This document shows positions 40,269 to 50,854 of a DNA stretch of 64,000 nt, piece by piece. Under the pieces are notes generated by a model. That model made no database searches. It saw only the letters and a program-made list of their open reading frames with translations, and was not told the DNA's origin. A program made the position numbers and the translations under genes. The DNA is from Thermoanaerobaculia bacterium (GTDB lineage: Bacteria > Acidobacteriota > Thermoanaerobaculia > Multivoradales > JAIOJS01): contig JAUIDB010000002.1 of assembly GCA_030429235.1 (NCBI GenBank), positions 176,769-240,768 of the forward strand. The letters run 5' to 3'. Each line of letters starts with the position of its first letter. The first letter of the stretch is position 1.

Positions 40269-41924
40269 ATGACGAACGCCGGTGCCGAGCCCCCTGAGTT
40301 TGGAGCGTCCCGAGCTGCCGACGGTGGGCTGCCGCAAGAGCAGCTGGAGGCGCTCTGGGAGATCGCGCGCCTCGCCAATGAGGATCTCGAACTCCAACCG
40401 ATGATGCAACGCATCACGGACGGCCTGGCCCGACGCTTCGGCTGGGACCTCGTGGCCCTGGTTCGCATTCTTCCCGAAGAGAATCGCTTCGAGTGCCAGG
40501 CGGTGACGACGCACCTCGATACCCCGGTACGGGCGGGGTACTCCCGTCCTCTGGGCAGCGGAGTGGTCGGTCGGGTGGCGTTGACCGGCGAGACGATCTG
40601 TCTCGACGACGTCAGCGAGTTCTCCGGTTTCGTGGAGACCCTGAATCGGACGGCATCGGAGATCTGCGTGCCGGTGCGTCACCAGGGTCGGGTGGTGGCG
40701 GTACTCAACGCCGAGAGTTCGCAGCCGGCCCATTTTGCGGGACAGCAGCTCCTGTTCGAAGCGGTGGCCGAGCAGATCTCGGGCGCCGTGGCCCGAGGGT
40801 TGCTCTACGAGCAGGTGCGCGCCCGGTCCGAGGTCCTCGAGACCCTGGCCGAGGTCTCTCGCCGGGTCGTAGACGGTCGGGCGCTGCAGGACCGACTCGA
40901 GGATCTGGTCGACTACCTTCGCTCTCGCTTCGAACTACTGCTGGCCGCGGTGATGGTCTCGGACGACGAGGGCCAGTATTGGCAGGAACGTGCGATCTCC
41001 ATGATTCCGAGGGTGCCGATCCATCGTCGACAGTGGCCGATCGGCGCCGGCATCGTCGGTCGGGCCGTGACCCAGGGACGGACGGTGGTGGTCGAGGATG
41101 TGCGGGAGGATCCCGAGTACATCGCCCTCAACGACGAGACCCGCGCCGAGGTCGTCGTGCCGCTGAAGTTCGGCGGGCGCGTGTTGGGCGCCCTCAACGT
41201 CGAGATGGGGGACGCAACCCATCTGTCGGAGGCCAGTATCGGCACCTTCGAGGCGATCGCCAACCAGGTCGCCGGCGCGATCGAACTCGCGGTTTCGAAT
41301 CGGCGTTTGAGCGAGAAGGAACGCCAGCTGGCCGACGCCAACCGAGAGCTCAGTCTGGTCAACGAGGAACTCAGTCGGCTGGCCGGTGTCGACGAACTGA
41401 CCAGCCTGGCCAATCGCCGGCGTCTGGACCGCTGCCTCGCCGACGAATCCCGCCGAGCCCAGCGGCACGGCGAGGTGTTGACGCTGGCCCTGCTCGATGT
41501 CGACTTCTTCAAGGCGTTCAACGACACCTACGGCCACCCCGCGGGTGACGAGTGTCTGAGGAGGGTCGCCTCCTGCTTGCGATCCCACGCCGTCCGCGCC
41601 GGGGAACTCGTGGCCCGCTACGGCGGCGAGGAGTTCGCCTTCGTCATGCCCCGTCTTCCGCTCGAGGAAGCGGAGGCCTTCATCGACCGCACCCGGCGAG
41701 CGGTGACCGAACTGGAGATCCCTCACGCCAGTTCGACGGTGTCGGAGTTCGTGACCCTGAGTGCCGGCGTGGCCTCGCTCAGGCCCGCCGAGGACAACGA
41801 GGTCAGCGACCTCCTCGCGCGGGCCGATCGGGCGCTGTACCAGGCGAAGGAGAGTGGGCGCAACCGCACCTGTCGGTGGACGCCTCAGCTCACGGAACCG
41901 CGAGCTACCGAGCCTGAGACTTGA
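40269..41924 (+). CDS. GAF-GAF-GGDEF diguanylate cyclase.
   Basis: Two GAF-like regions, then GGDEF (RYGGEEFAFVM; ...ALYQAKESGRNR). Confidence 0.85.
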   Translation: MTNAGAEPPEFGASRAADGGLPQEQLEALWEIARLANEDLELQPMMQRITDGLARRFGWDLVALVRILPEENRFECQAVTTHLDTPVRAGYSRPLGSGVVGRVALTGETICLDDVSEFSGFVETLNRTASEICVPVRHQGRVVAVLNAESSQPAHFAGQQLLFEAVAEQISGAVARGLLYEQVRARSEVLETLAEVSRRVVDGRALQDRLEDLVDYLRSRFELLLAAVMVSDDEGQYWQERAISMIPRVPIHRRQWPIGAGIVGRAVTQGRTVVVEDVREDPEYIALNDETRAEVVVPLKFGGRVLGALNVEMGDATHLSEASIGTFEAIANQVAGAIELAVSNRRLSEKERQLADANRELSLVNEELSRLAGVDELTSLANRRRLDRCLADESRRAQRHGEVLTLALLDVDFFKAFNDTYGHPAGDECLRRVASCLRSHAVRAGELVARYGGEEFAFVMPRLPLEEAEAFIDRTRRAVTELEIPHASSTVSEFVTLSAGVASLRPAEDNEVSDLLARADRALYQAKESGRNRTCRWTPQLTEPRATEPET

Positions 41925-41950
41925 CAGGGCGCGCTGCGGGCGACGGCGAC

Positions 41951-42919
41951 TCAGGGAACCGCGGTGAACTCGAGGGTGAAGACCCCGGTTTCGGGCAGGG
42001 GGAGTACCTCCTGGCCGCGTCCGATCCACAGCAGGACGGTACCGGTTGGGTGCCGCTGCTCTAGGATCCAGTCGAGGTTGGTCGTCACCTCGCGGGCTTC
42101 GAAGCCGGGATCCTCGGGAAGCTCCCCAGCCCGGATCTGTTCGAGTGTGAGAAAGGTCGGCACGTTGTCGAGCAGCTGTTGTTCGAACCTCACGCGGGCC
42201 TCGCCGTGCCGGGCCACGAGAACCTGCCGCTGGCGCGTGAAGGCTTCGGCCAGGCGCTCGTAGGCGGCCGCAGCCCGCTTCCGATCGTCGGCAGAGGCCC
42301 GGCTCAGGCGCTCGGTGCCACCGAACGCCTGCCGGAATTCGTCCAGGATCGGGGCGGGGAGTGCGTCGCCGAGGAACTCCTCGAGGTGATCGGGGTAGAG
42401 GGACTTGCCCACGGCGTGGAAACGGCAGAGGGTCCCCAGGACTTCGAGGTCGGTCTCGGTGCCGAGGGTCCGGAGCAGGGTCAGGAAGGCAGGGTCCTCG
42501 CGCCACACCCGGTAGACCGTGCGGGCCGCCTCTTCGGGGGGAGCTCCGCGGCGCAGGGATCGATCGATCCAGTGGCCCTCGAAGATCCCGACGGGAAGGA
42601 GGAGTGCTTCGAGATCGACGGCGCGCTCCAGTGCCACTACCAACCGCCGGTGGGCCGTGAAGTCGGCCTCACCCCGCACCGCGATGATCCGATGGCGGCC
42701 CGCCTCGGAGAGAAGCTCGGCGAGGGGAGGGGGCGGGGAGCGGTCCTCCCAACTCGCGTCGACCACGATGCCGTTCGCAGCGACCCGGGGAGAGTCCGAG
42801 GCCAGGGACGACGTGGCCCAGAGGCTGATCAGAAGGGTGGCGAAGGGCCGGCGCCACCGGCGGGTCGATGTGAAGCGCTGGGCCCCGTCCGGCTTCGGCC
42901 GCGGGGGTGCGTAGGGCAT
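41951..42919 (-). CDS. Hypothetical protein, possibly exported.
   Basis: A 322-aa ORF with a hydrophobic N-terminal region. No confident family assignment. Confidence 0.4.
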   Translation of the reverse strand: MPYAPPRPKPDGAQRFTSTRRWRRPFATLLISLWATSSLASDSPRVAANGIVVDASWEDRSPPPPLAELLSEAGRHRIIAVRGEADFTAHRRLVVALERAVDLEALLLPVGIFEGHWIDRSLRRGAPPEEAARTVYRVWREDPAFLTLLRTLGTETDLEVLGTLCRFHAVGKSLYPDHLEEFLGDALPAPILDEFRQAFGGTERLSRASADDRKRAAAAYERLAEAFTRQRQVLVARHGEARVRFEQQLLDNVPTFLTLEQIRAGELPEDPGFEAREVTTNLDWILEQRHPTGTVLLWIGRGQEVLPLPETGVFTLEFTAVP

Positions 42920-43068
42920 GGGTCTTGTACGGTCCTCGCGTGCTGGAGGTTGCCGGCCAGGCGGACTTGGGTTCCGGCGCGTGAGCCGCTACAGTGGTGC
43001 CACCTTCAGATTGTCGAATGCCCGCGGGGTCCACGATCAGGTGGTGATCCGCTGGGTGGGAGAAAACG

Positions 43069-46000
43069 ATGAGCGCACCAGCCCGGGTGACGGGATCCGA
43101 CGTGGTACTGGTCAAACTACGCCCCTCGGCGCAACGGGCGGCCCGTCCCTCGCGGGTCGAACTCGAACCCCTCCACCGCTCGTCGGGTCCCGCAGCGGAG
43201 TTCGGCCTGGACGAAACCCCGCGCTGGTACCTCGCTCATGCGATCGAGGCGGCGGAGTCGCCCTGGGATCAGGCCCACGGTCGCGTGGCCCGCCAGCTCG
43301 GAGTGGCGGCGGAGGATCTGCTCTTCGTCGAGCCCGATCTGGTGCACTCGGTCTTCGTCGCCCCGGACGAGATCGGAGGACGAGACGCCGATCGACGAGC
43401 GGTGGGTGGGGACTGTACTCCTCGACCTCAGGATGGGAGGAACCGCAAGGCGAAGGGACCCGACGAGTTCGCCTGGCACCTGGGACGGCGCTACAGCGAT
43501 CTGGGCCGTGCCCGCGAGGCGGTCTCCTTCGCCGCGCCTCGCACCCGGATCGCTCACATCGACACCGGCTACTATCCGAGCCACGAGACGGCCCCGAGGC
43601 ACGCGCTGCCTTCGCTGGAGCGCAACTTCGTGGCCCGGGATTTCGATCCGTCGTCGGCCAGCGATCCCGACAACTGGCGGCTGCTGCTCGACAATTCGGG
43701 GCACGGAACCGGGACCCTCTCCATCCTGGCCGGGGGCGCGGTCTCCGCCCACGACGACTTCGTCATGGGCGGTGCCCCCGAGGCCGAGGTGGTGCCGATT
43801 CGGGTCAGCGACAGCGTCGTCCTCCTCCGAACCAGCTCCCTGGCCCGCGGCTTGCGCTACGCCGGCGAGAGCGGGTGTGCCGTGGCGACGCTGAGCATGG
43901 GGGGAGTTCCCACCCGAGCCTGGGGAGATGCCGTAGACGAGGCCTACGAACTCGGGCTCTGTCTGGTGGCGGCGGCTGGGAACCATGTCGGCAACCTGCC
44001 ACCCCGCAAGCTGGTCTACCCGGCCCGCTACCAGCGCGTGATCGCAGTGTGTGGAGTGATGGCGGATGGTCGCCCCTACAAGGACCTCGGAGGGCGCGCC
44101 CTCGAGGGCTGTTTCGGCCCCAAGTCGGCGATGCGCTTCGCCTTGGCGGCCTACACCCCGAACATCCCCTGGGCTCGTTTCGGCTGCCCCGAAGCGGTCC
44201 GCCTCAACGGTGAGGGCACCTCCAGTGCCACGCCGCAGGTGGCGGCGGCCGCTGCGCTCTGGATCGAGAAGTACAAGGATCTGCTGCCGAGCGACTGGCG
44301 TCGGGTCGAGGCGGTGCGGCACGCCCTCTTTACGAGCGCCAAGACCAAGGCGAAGACTCGCTACTTCGGCCAGGGCATCCTGCAGGCCCATCGCGCGCTG
44401 TCGGTGCGGCCCGACCTGACCCGACCCAAGTCGGCGCGCAGCGACAGCTCCTTCGGGTTTCTCCGCGTACTCACCGGCCTGGGGCTCGACGGTCGCACCA
44501 CCCGGGAGGAGATGTTCAACCTGGAACTCGCGCAGCGTTGGTTGCTCAGCGAGACCCTGCAAGAGATCGTGCCGGATCCGGAAGTCGCGCGGGACCTGCC
44601 GCGAGCCCGGCTGGCGCAGTTCGCCGAGGCGGTGATCGAGGACCCGGCGGCCTCTCGGGCGCTGCGTCGCCATCTGCTGAAGCGCTACGCGGTCTTGACC
44701 GGACGCAGACCGCCGCGCGGCCCCGAAGTGGAGAGCCTGCGGCCCGAGCCGCCTCCGGTCGCGGTGGCCCGGCCAGAGATTCCGACGCCGGCCCACCGGC
44801 GAATTCGGGTCTACGCCACCGATCCTGGTCTGTCGGCGGCCTTCGAGACGGCCGCGGTGGGAGAGGTGACGCTGCGGGTGCGCTGGGAGAACCTGCGCAA
44901 GGGTCCGGTGGGGGAATACCTGGCGGTCGAGGACACGGGGCCACGGCGGTACGAGGGAGTCAACCTCAACCACCGCAGTCTCTTGGCGCAGGACGGTTGG
45001 ACGCCCTCGGAAGGCAACCCTCAGTTCCACCAGCAGATGGTCTATGCCGTGGCGATGAAGACGATCGAGCACTTCGAAGGAGCGCTGGGGCGTCCGATCC
45101 TCTGGCGGCCTCGGCCGCGGCCCGACGACCCGAATGACGACAGCGAGTTCGTGCGTCGGCTGACCGTCCATCCCCACGCCCTGGAGGAGGCCAACGCCTA
45201 CTACAGTCCGCAGCAGATCGCTCTGCTCTTTGGCTACTTCGAACCCTCGGAGGCTCGGGGACGAGCCCGGAACGCGCCGGTCTACACCTGTCTGTCGCAC
45301 GACATCATCGTGCACGAGACGACGCACGCGATTCTCGATGGGATGCACCGTCGGTTCAACGAACCTTCGAACTTCGACGTCCTGGCCTTCCACGAGGGGT
45401 TTGCCGACCTGGTGGCGTTGCTCCAACACTTCACGATCCCAGAGCTTCTGGAGTACGAGATCGGACGCACCCGGGGCGATCTCGAGGCGGAAACGCTGCT
45501 CGGCAAGCTGGCGGTTCAGTTCGGCCGCGGCATCGGTAGCCGCGAGGGGCTCCGCAGTGCCATCGGCACCGTGCGGGATGGCGAGTGGGAACGTTCGACA
45601 CCCGATCCGGGAGCGCTCGACCGGCAGACGACGCCCCACGGCCGCGGTGGGGTGTTGGTGGCTGCGGTCTTCGACGCCCTGCTGGCGATCTATCGGCGCC
45701 GCATCGCCGACCTCCTGCGGATCGCCACCGGGGGTACCGGGGTCCTCCCCAGTGGAGCGATCCACCCCGACCTGGTCAAGCGCCTGGCGGCCGAGGCCTC
45801 GAAGGCCGCGGGCCATGTGCTGGGCATGTGCGTGCGGGCGCTGGACTACCTGCCGCCGGTCGACGTGACCTTCTTCGACTTCTTGCGCGCCCTGATCACG
45901 GCCGACTTCGAGATCGTGCCGGACGACCGCCGGGACTACCGCGTCGCTTTTGTCGAGGCGTTCAGTCGTCGCGGCATCCGGCCGGGGGAACACGACGAGC

Positions 46001-46629
46001 ACTCCGACGCGGCGGCGGCCCTGTCGGTCGACACTCTGCGCTGGCCGGGCTTCGACCGGTCTCGGATCGCCGCCGAGGAGCGCGACGAGATCCTAGGCCA
46101 CTACGGCAGGATGGTGGAGCAACTCAAGGAGTACGCCGACCGCTGCCTCTACCTCGGGGACCGGGAGGAGCTGTTCCAGGAGACCCGTCGGCAGCGCATC
46201 GTGCTCCACGCCCGCCTGCAGAAGGCGTTTGCGGCGGCGCCTGGCTTCGCCCGTTCGTTGGGGCTCGACGCCGAGCGTGGCTTCGAGGTGCACTCCCTCC
46301 GCCGCGCCCTGCGGTTCCGTCTGGATGGACGGGCGATGCCGCAGGTTTTCGTGTCGGTGACCCAGTCCGAGACGGTGGCGGCCGAACCCGATCGCGGCGT
46401 ACCCCGTCATACCCTGCGGGGAGGTGCCACGCTCGTGCTGGATCTAGCTGAACCGGACGAGCCTCGCTACCTGATCGGCAAGCAGCTGCGGAACTTCCGT
46501 CGTCGACGGGCCGTGGCTGAGTTCCACCGCCAGGTCCAGGCTGATCCGTTGCGCCGACTCTTCTTCGCGGCCCACCGACTCGAGCCCTTCGCGGCACTGC
46601 ACGACCTGGCGGAACACGATCGATCCTGA
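43069..46629 (+). CDS. Cytoplasmic 1186-aa fusion protein: an N-terminal S8 subtilase domain plus a C-terminal HExxH gluzincin-like metalloprotease domain.
   Basis: No signal peptide. S8 triad contexts AHIDTGY (Asp), DNSGHGTGT (His) and GTSSATPQVAAAAAL (Ser). Then IVHETTHAILDG...AFHEGFADL (HExxH plus downstream Glu). Confidence 0.75.
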   Translation: MSAPARVTGSDVVLVKLRPSAQRAARPSRVELEPLHRSSGPAAEFGLDETPRWYLAHAIEAAESPWDQAHGRVARQLGVAAEDLLFVEPDLVHSVFVAPDEIGGRDADRRAVGGDCTPRPQDGRNRKAKGPDEFAWHLGRRYSDLGRAREAVSFAAPRTRIAHIDTGYYPSHETAPRHALPSLERNFVARDFDPSSASDPDNWRLLLDNSGHGTGTLSILAGGAVSAHDDFVMGGAPEAEVVPIRVSDSVVLLRTSSLARGLRYAGESGCAVATLSMGGVPTRAWGDAVDEAYELGLCLVAAAGNHVGNLPPRKLVYPARYQRVIAVCGVMADGRPYKDLGGRALEGCFGPKSAMRFALAAYTPNIPWARFGCPEAVRLNGEGTSSATPQVAAAAALWIEKYKDLLPSDWRRVEAVRHALFTSAKTKAKTRYFGQGILQAHRALSVRPDLTRPKSARSDSSFGFLRVLTGLGLDGRTTREEMFNLELAQRWLLSETLQEIVPDPEVARDLPRARLAQFAEAVIEDPAASRALRRHLLKRYAVLTGRRPPRGPEVESLRPEPPPVAVARPEIPTPAHRRIRVYATDPGLSAAFETAAVGEVTLRVRWENLRKGPVGEYLAVEDTGPRRYEGVNLNHRSLLAQDGWTPSEGNPQFHQQMVYAVAMKTIEHFEGALGRPILWRPRPRPDDPNDDSEFVRRLTVHPHALEEANAYYSPQQIALLFGYFEPSEARGRARNAPVYTCLSHDIIVHETTHAILDGMHRRFNEPSNFDVLAFHEGFADLVALLQHFTIPELLEYEIGRTRGDLEAETLLGKLAVQFGRGIGSREGLRSAIGTVRDGEWERSTPDPGALDRQTTPHGRGGVLVAAVFDALLAIYRRRIADLLRIATGGTGVLPSGAIHPDLVKRLAAEASKAAGHVLGMCVRALDYLPPVDVTFFDFLRALITADFEIVPDDRRDYRVAFVEAFSRRGIRPGEHDEHSDAAAALSVDTLRWPGFDRSRIAAEERDEILGHYGRMVEQLKEYADRCLYLGDREELFQETRRQRIVLHARLQKAFAAAPGFARSLGLDAERGFEVHSLRRALRFRLDGRAMPQVFVSVTQSETVAAEPDRGVPRHTLRGGATLVLDLAEPDEPRYLIGKQLRNFRRRRAVAEFHRQVQADPLRRLFFAAHRLEPFAALHDLAEHDRS

Positions 46630-46647
46630 GTCTGCTATCTTGGGTAG

Positions 46648-47178
46648 ATGAAACGAAACCACCTCTCGGCGCTGATCCTCGGAACTGCCTGCTTCTTCGG
46701 GGCGCTGGCGGCCCAGGCCGAGCGCCCCGCGGTCGGTGACTCGGCACCGGCCCTCGAACTCGTCGACACCGACGGGGTGTCGCATACCCTGAGCGAGGCC
46801 GGGGAGGGACCGCGGATCATCATCTTCTTTCGGGGCTCCTGGTGACCGCACTGCCGCAAGCAGCTAGTTGAGCTGCAGGCAGTGAAGGATCAGTTGGACG
46901 CCCTCGGGGCGGAGATCTGGACGGTCGCTCCCGACGACCCGACCAAGCTCGGCCAGCTGCGGGAGAGCGAGGGACTCGACTTCCCGGTTCTGGTCGATCC
47001 GGACTGTGGGGTGATTCGCGCCTGGGGTCTGCTCAACGAAGCTTCCGGCAAGGTGCCCCATCCGAGGGCCGTTGTGGTCGACCGCGAGGGCGTCATCCGC
47101 TATCTGCGCGTCGACGAGGACTACAGGGTCCGACCCCGAGCGGAGGAACTCGTCGAGGCCGTCCGCGACCTGCCCTGA
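46648..47178 (+). CDS. Secreted thioredoxin-fold (AhpC/TSA-redoxin-like) selenoprotein with an in-frame UGA (Sec) at 46843..46845 in a U-x-x-C active site.
   Basis: Track ORFs 46648..46845 and 46882..47178 are in the same frame (both ≡1 mod 3), separated only by a TGA that falls at the first position of the redox motif: ...IIIFFRGSW[U]PHCRKQLVELQ..., the canonical WCPxC of redoxins. Signal peptide present. Candidate SECIS hairpin immediately downstream. Confidence 0.6.
46851..46882 (+). promoter_or_regulatory. Candidate bacterial SECIS stem-loop, 6 nt downstream of the UGA.
   Basis: CUGCC-GCAA-GCAGCU-AGUUG-AGCUGC-A-GGCAG: an extended stem with an internal bulge, and an apical loop AGUUG (G/U present) 21-25 nt after the UGA. 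Confidence 0.5.
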
Positions 47179-47214
47179 GGGGGTGATCGGTCGCAGCGAC
47201 CGTCAGGAGCGCGC

Positions 47215-47436
47215 ATGGAACGGGCGATCACCGGCTACCACCAGGACGACGAAGGGCACTGGGTGGCGCAGCTCGAGTGTGGTCACCACCAGCACGTGCG
47301 ACACGATCCGCCCTGGACCCTGCGGCCGTGGGTGGTCACCGCCGCCGGGCGCCGCGACAAACTCGGCTTGCTCCTGGACTGCCTGAAGTGCGACCGGGGC
47401 GAACCGCGGGACCGGCCGCTCGCCGAGCCGGTCTAG
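47215..47436 (+). CDS. DUF3565-like small protein.
   Basis: ITGYHQDDEGHWVAQLECGHHQHVRHDPPW pattern. A 73-aa ORF. Confidence 0.5.
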   Translation: MERAITGYHQDDEGHWVAQLECGHHQHVRHDPPWTLRPWVVTAAGRRDKLGLLLDCLKCDRGEPRDRPLAEPV

Positions 47437-47440
47437 CTCC

Positions 47441-49110
47441 CTACAGCTCGAAGGCTATGAACCGGCCCCAGCAGGAGGCGAGCTCCATGCCGCGCTGCAG
47501 GAACGCCGCGATGTAGTAGCGGCCGGTCGAAGCCTCGGCGATCGCCCCGCCGAGGTTCTCGGCGTGGACGATGCCCTTGGGGAAAAGGTTGAGGTGCATG
47601 TCCTGGTAGTACTGGTCCAGGGGATACATGCTGTCCCAGTCCTGACCGAACTGATCGATCAGCTTCTGGTTGGCCTCGGCGAAGGTCTTCGGGTGCATAC
47701 GCCGTTGGATGGTGTTCATCGGGTGCTCCATGGCCACGCAGTCGATGCCGAGCCAGCGCACCTGCCGCTCGATACACCAGGCGGCGAAGTCGGGAGACGG
47801 ACCGGGGTGCCGGATCATGTAGCGGAACTCGTCCGAGTCGGGGCTGTTCCAACCGAAGCGGTGCCAACCCGTCTTGATCAGCAGGATGTCGTGCGGTCGC
47901 ACCTCGATCCGATCCTCGATCATCTGCGGGGTGTAGACACTGCAGTCGCTGACCTCCTCGGAGATGTCGACGATGACTCCTTCGCCGTGCCAATGGTCGA
48001 GCGGTACCTCACCGAGGGTACGGCCCGCGGCCCAGAAGTGCTTTTCGCCGTCCATGTGCGTCGCGAGGTGGAAGCTAGCGCGGCAGTGGGCGTTGTTGCG
48101 CCCGAGGCCGAAATCGAGGCCGCCGACGCGCTTGGTGTACTTCAAACTCAACGGCTCGTAGTTGGCCCACTGCGGCGTCTGGACGCTGAAGGGCAGGGTC
48201 AGGTCCATCGCCTCGCAGTGGTCGAGATCGCCGTAGAACGACTCCTCGTCGTGGTCGTCGGGAGGCGTCAGCGCTACCACCCGGCACCAGGCTGACTCGA
48301 CCTCCATGAAGGGGATCGGCTGCACCATGACCCAGGCCCGGCGGCTGCCCAGGTTGGCGAGGTCACCGCCGAGGGACTCGGCCAGCAGCAGCCCGGCCTT
48401 GGGCAGCGTGGTGTGGGTGAGGCGCTGGTATTCGTGGGGCGGAAAGACCTCCTCCCAACTCTGGCCGGTCGCAGCGCGCAATGCGGCTTCGGCCTTGTCG
48501 AACTCGTTCGGATGCAGGAAGCGGAGGTTGGTGTTCATCGGATGCTCGGCGCTGCCGCAGTCGACGGCCACGAGCTTGAGCTTCCGCTCCAGGGCCCAGG
48601 GGAAGAAGTCGGGAGAGGGGCCGGGGTGGCGCAGGTAGTAGCCGAACTCCTTGTTCTCGACCCCTCCCTGGGCCTTGGGGTTGGCGACGTCGGGATGATC
48701 CCAGGTGTAGCGGTGGTAGCCGGTGTTGATGACCAGGATGTCGCCTTCGCGCACCTCGACCCGTTGTTCGATCATCTCGGGGGTGTAGAAACCGTAGTCC
48801 GAAACCGCGTCCGAAAGATCGACGATCGCGGTCGGGCCGCAGAGCCGGTCGAGCGAGATCTCCGCGATCGACTCGCAGCCCGAGTGGAAGGCGCGCGGCC
48901 CTACCAGGTGCGTACCGGTGTTGTTCGACCATTCGATCAGCTGCCCGTTGGCTCCCTGTCCGCCTCCCCACGATCCCGTCAGGCGCTTGAAGAAGTGAAC
49001 CTGCAACGGCATCTCGCCGGGCCAGGGTGGGGTGAAGATGCTGAGCGGTTGGGTGAGGTCGTGCCAGTGGGCTCGCGTCAACGGATGGGGGGTAGTCGCT
49101 GATTCGTTCA
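47441..49110 (-). CDS. Tandem double cyclase-family (kynurenine-formamidase-like) protein.
   Basis: Two repeats of about 270 aa, each with an HxGTHxD-type motif (SNNTGTHLVGPRAFH and FHLATHMDGEKHF) and the conserved stretch RHPGPSPDF. Confidence 0.65.
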
Positions 49111-49308
49111 TGGGGTCTCCGAGGTCATGAGTGCCGATTCTACGGCGTACGTTCCCTGAGGCGAGTTGGCCCGGTCCGAGAAGCCCGGCCGAGGGTGGAT
49201 CTCCGTAACAAATGCCGCCTGCGACCGTCTCGAAGTCGCTATCCTGAAGCCACAACGTAGCGAACCAGCGACGAGGTACCAGCAAGTGGGGTGGGGGGTG
49301 AAAAGAAG

Positions 49309-50827
49309 CATGGTCGGTGATCGATTGGAGTGCCGTTTCGAGGTCTGCCCGCGGATCGGGCGGGGCGCGGTGCGGACGAACCTGCTGCTCGCCTTGCTAC
49401 TGTTACTCGCCGGTCCTTCCGGGGCCCAGAGCGAAGTCCGGGCGGACCTGCCCGCGTCCGCGGTCGATCTCCACACCCACGTCTTCAACGCGGGGTACCT
49501 CCCCGTGGAGGGGATCATGGTGTCCCGGGGCGTGCCGAAGGTGGTGGCTCGGCTGCTGGCTCGCTTCCTCGAGTCGCGGGTCGAATTCGCCGACCTCTCG
49601 CAGAGCCGCGACGAACTGTTTGCCGCCGACCTGCTCAATCCGCTCGAACTCAGTGAAGCGCAGGCCAAGGCCGAGCTGTTCAACCGCGGCGACCTGCCCG
49701 ACCTGACTTCACGGCAGCGCCGCCAACTGCGCCGCTACCTGCTCGAGGCCAGTCCCGAGGCGGATCAGGACCTCGATCGTCTCTCCGACGAAGAGCTGGT
49801 CGCCCGCGGGCTCGAGGAGGCGCCGTTGACGGCCGACGGAGGTAAGAACACCTTCCGCTTCCTGCTGTTACTGCTGCGGGACGAGGTCACCATCGTGCGG
49901 ACTTTGCGGGACGAGTACCCGATCGGGCGTTTCGTCCACCACATGATGGACCTGGAGAAGGCCTACGACGACCGGCCGATCCTGGAGTTCCGCGACGAGC
50001 AGATTCCGCGCATGCAGGCATTGGGCGAGATCTTCCCCGACGAACTGGTCTGGTTCGTCGCCTTCGATCCCTTCCGACGCGATCAGTCACTCGAGATCGT
50101 CAAGGCCGCAGTCCGGGGCGGGGCCGCGGGGATCAAGTTCTATCCCCCCAGCGGTTACCGCGCGGCGAACAACGACATCCCGAAGAAACCGCGCTGGTAC
50201 CAACGCGCGAAGAGGAAGCAGTGGAAGTCCCGCTATCGTGATCTGAGGGACGCGGACCTCGACCGGATCAACGACCGGCTCTTCGCCTGGGCCGCCGAGC
50301 GAGGGGTCCCGATCCTCACCCACTGCACCCCCGCCGGGTTCGAGGCCTCCAAGGGGTACGGGAAGATGAGCGACCCGGACCACTGGAAACCGGTCCTCGA
50401 CAAGTACCCGAACCTTCGCATCGCCTTTGGGCACGGGGGCGGGGGAGAGGGGTGGTTCGCCGAGGCGCCTTGGGACCTCGCACGTCCGGCGACCTACGGC
50501 GAGAAGGTCTACGCCCTGGTCACCCAGTACGAGAATGCCTACCTCGGGGTCGGCTACTGGGACGAGATCCTCGACGGCGACCCCGCGAAGGACTACCGCG
50601 GCCACCTGCAGCGCCGGCTGGAGCGGTTGATCGACCGTTCCGGCGACCCCTACCGCCTCGGCGACAAGATGCTCTACGGCACCGACTGGCACATGGTGTC
50701 GAAGCTCGACGACCGCCGCCGCCTGCTCACGGAGTTCCTCGACCTCTTCGATCAGCCGCAACTCCGCCCGTGGCGTGACCGGCTCTTCGTGGGCAATGTC
50801 GAGCGCTTTTTGAACCTGACCGAATGA
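49309..50827 (+). CDS. Secreted amidohydrolase-superfamily (TIM-barrel metallo-hydrolase) protein.
   Basis: Signal peptide LLLALLLLLAGPSGAQS and a DLHTHVF metal-binding motif. Confidence 0.65.
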
Positions 50828-50854
50828 CCTAGCTCAACCCAGGAGGTCCCATCG

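Noticed and set aside
46648-47178. Annotating 46648..46845 and 46882..47178 as two separate small genes.
   Set aside because: They are in the same frame and interrupted only by a TGA at the catalytic position, which is followed by a hairpin. A single Sec-containing redoxin explains the data better.
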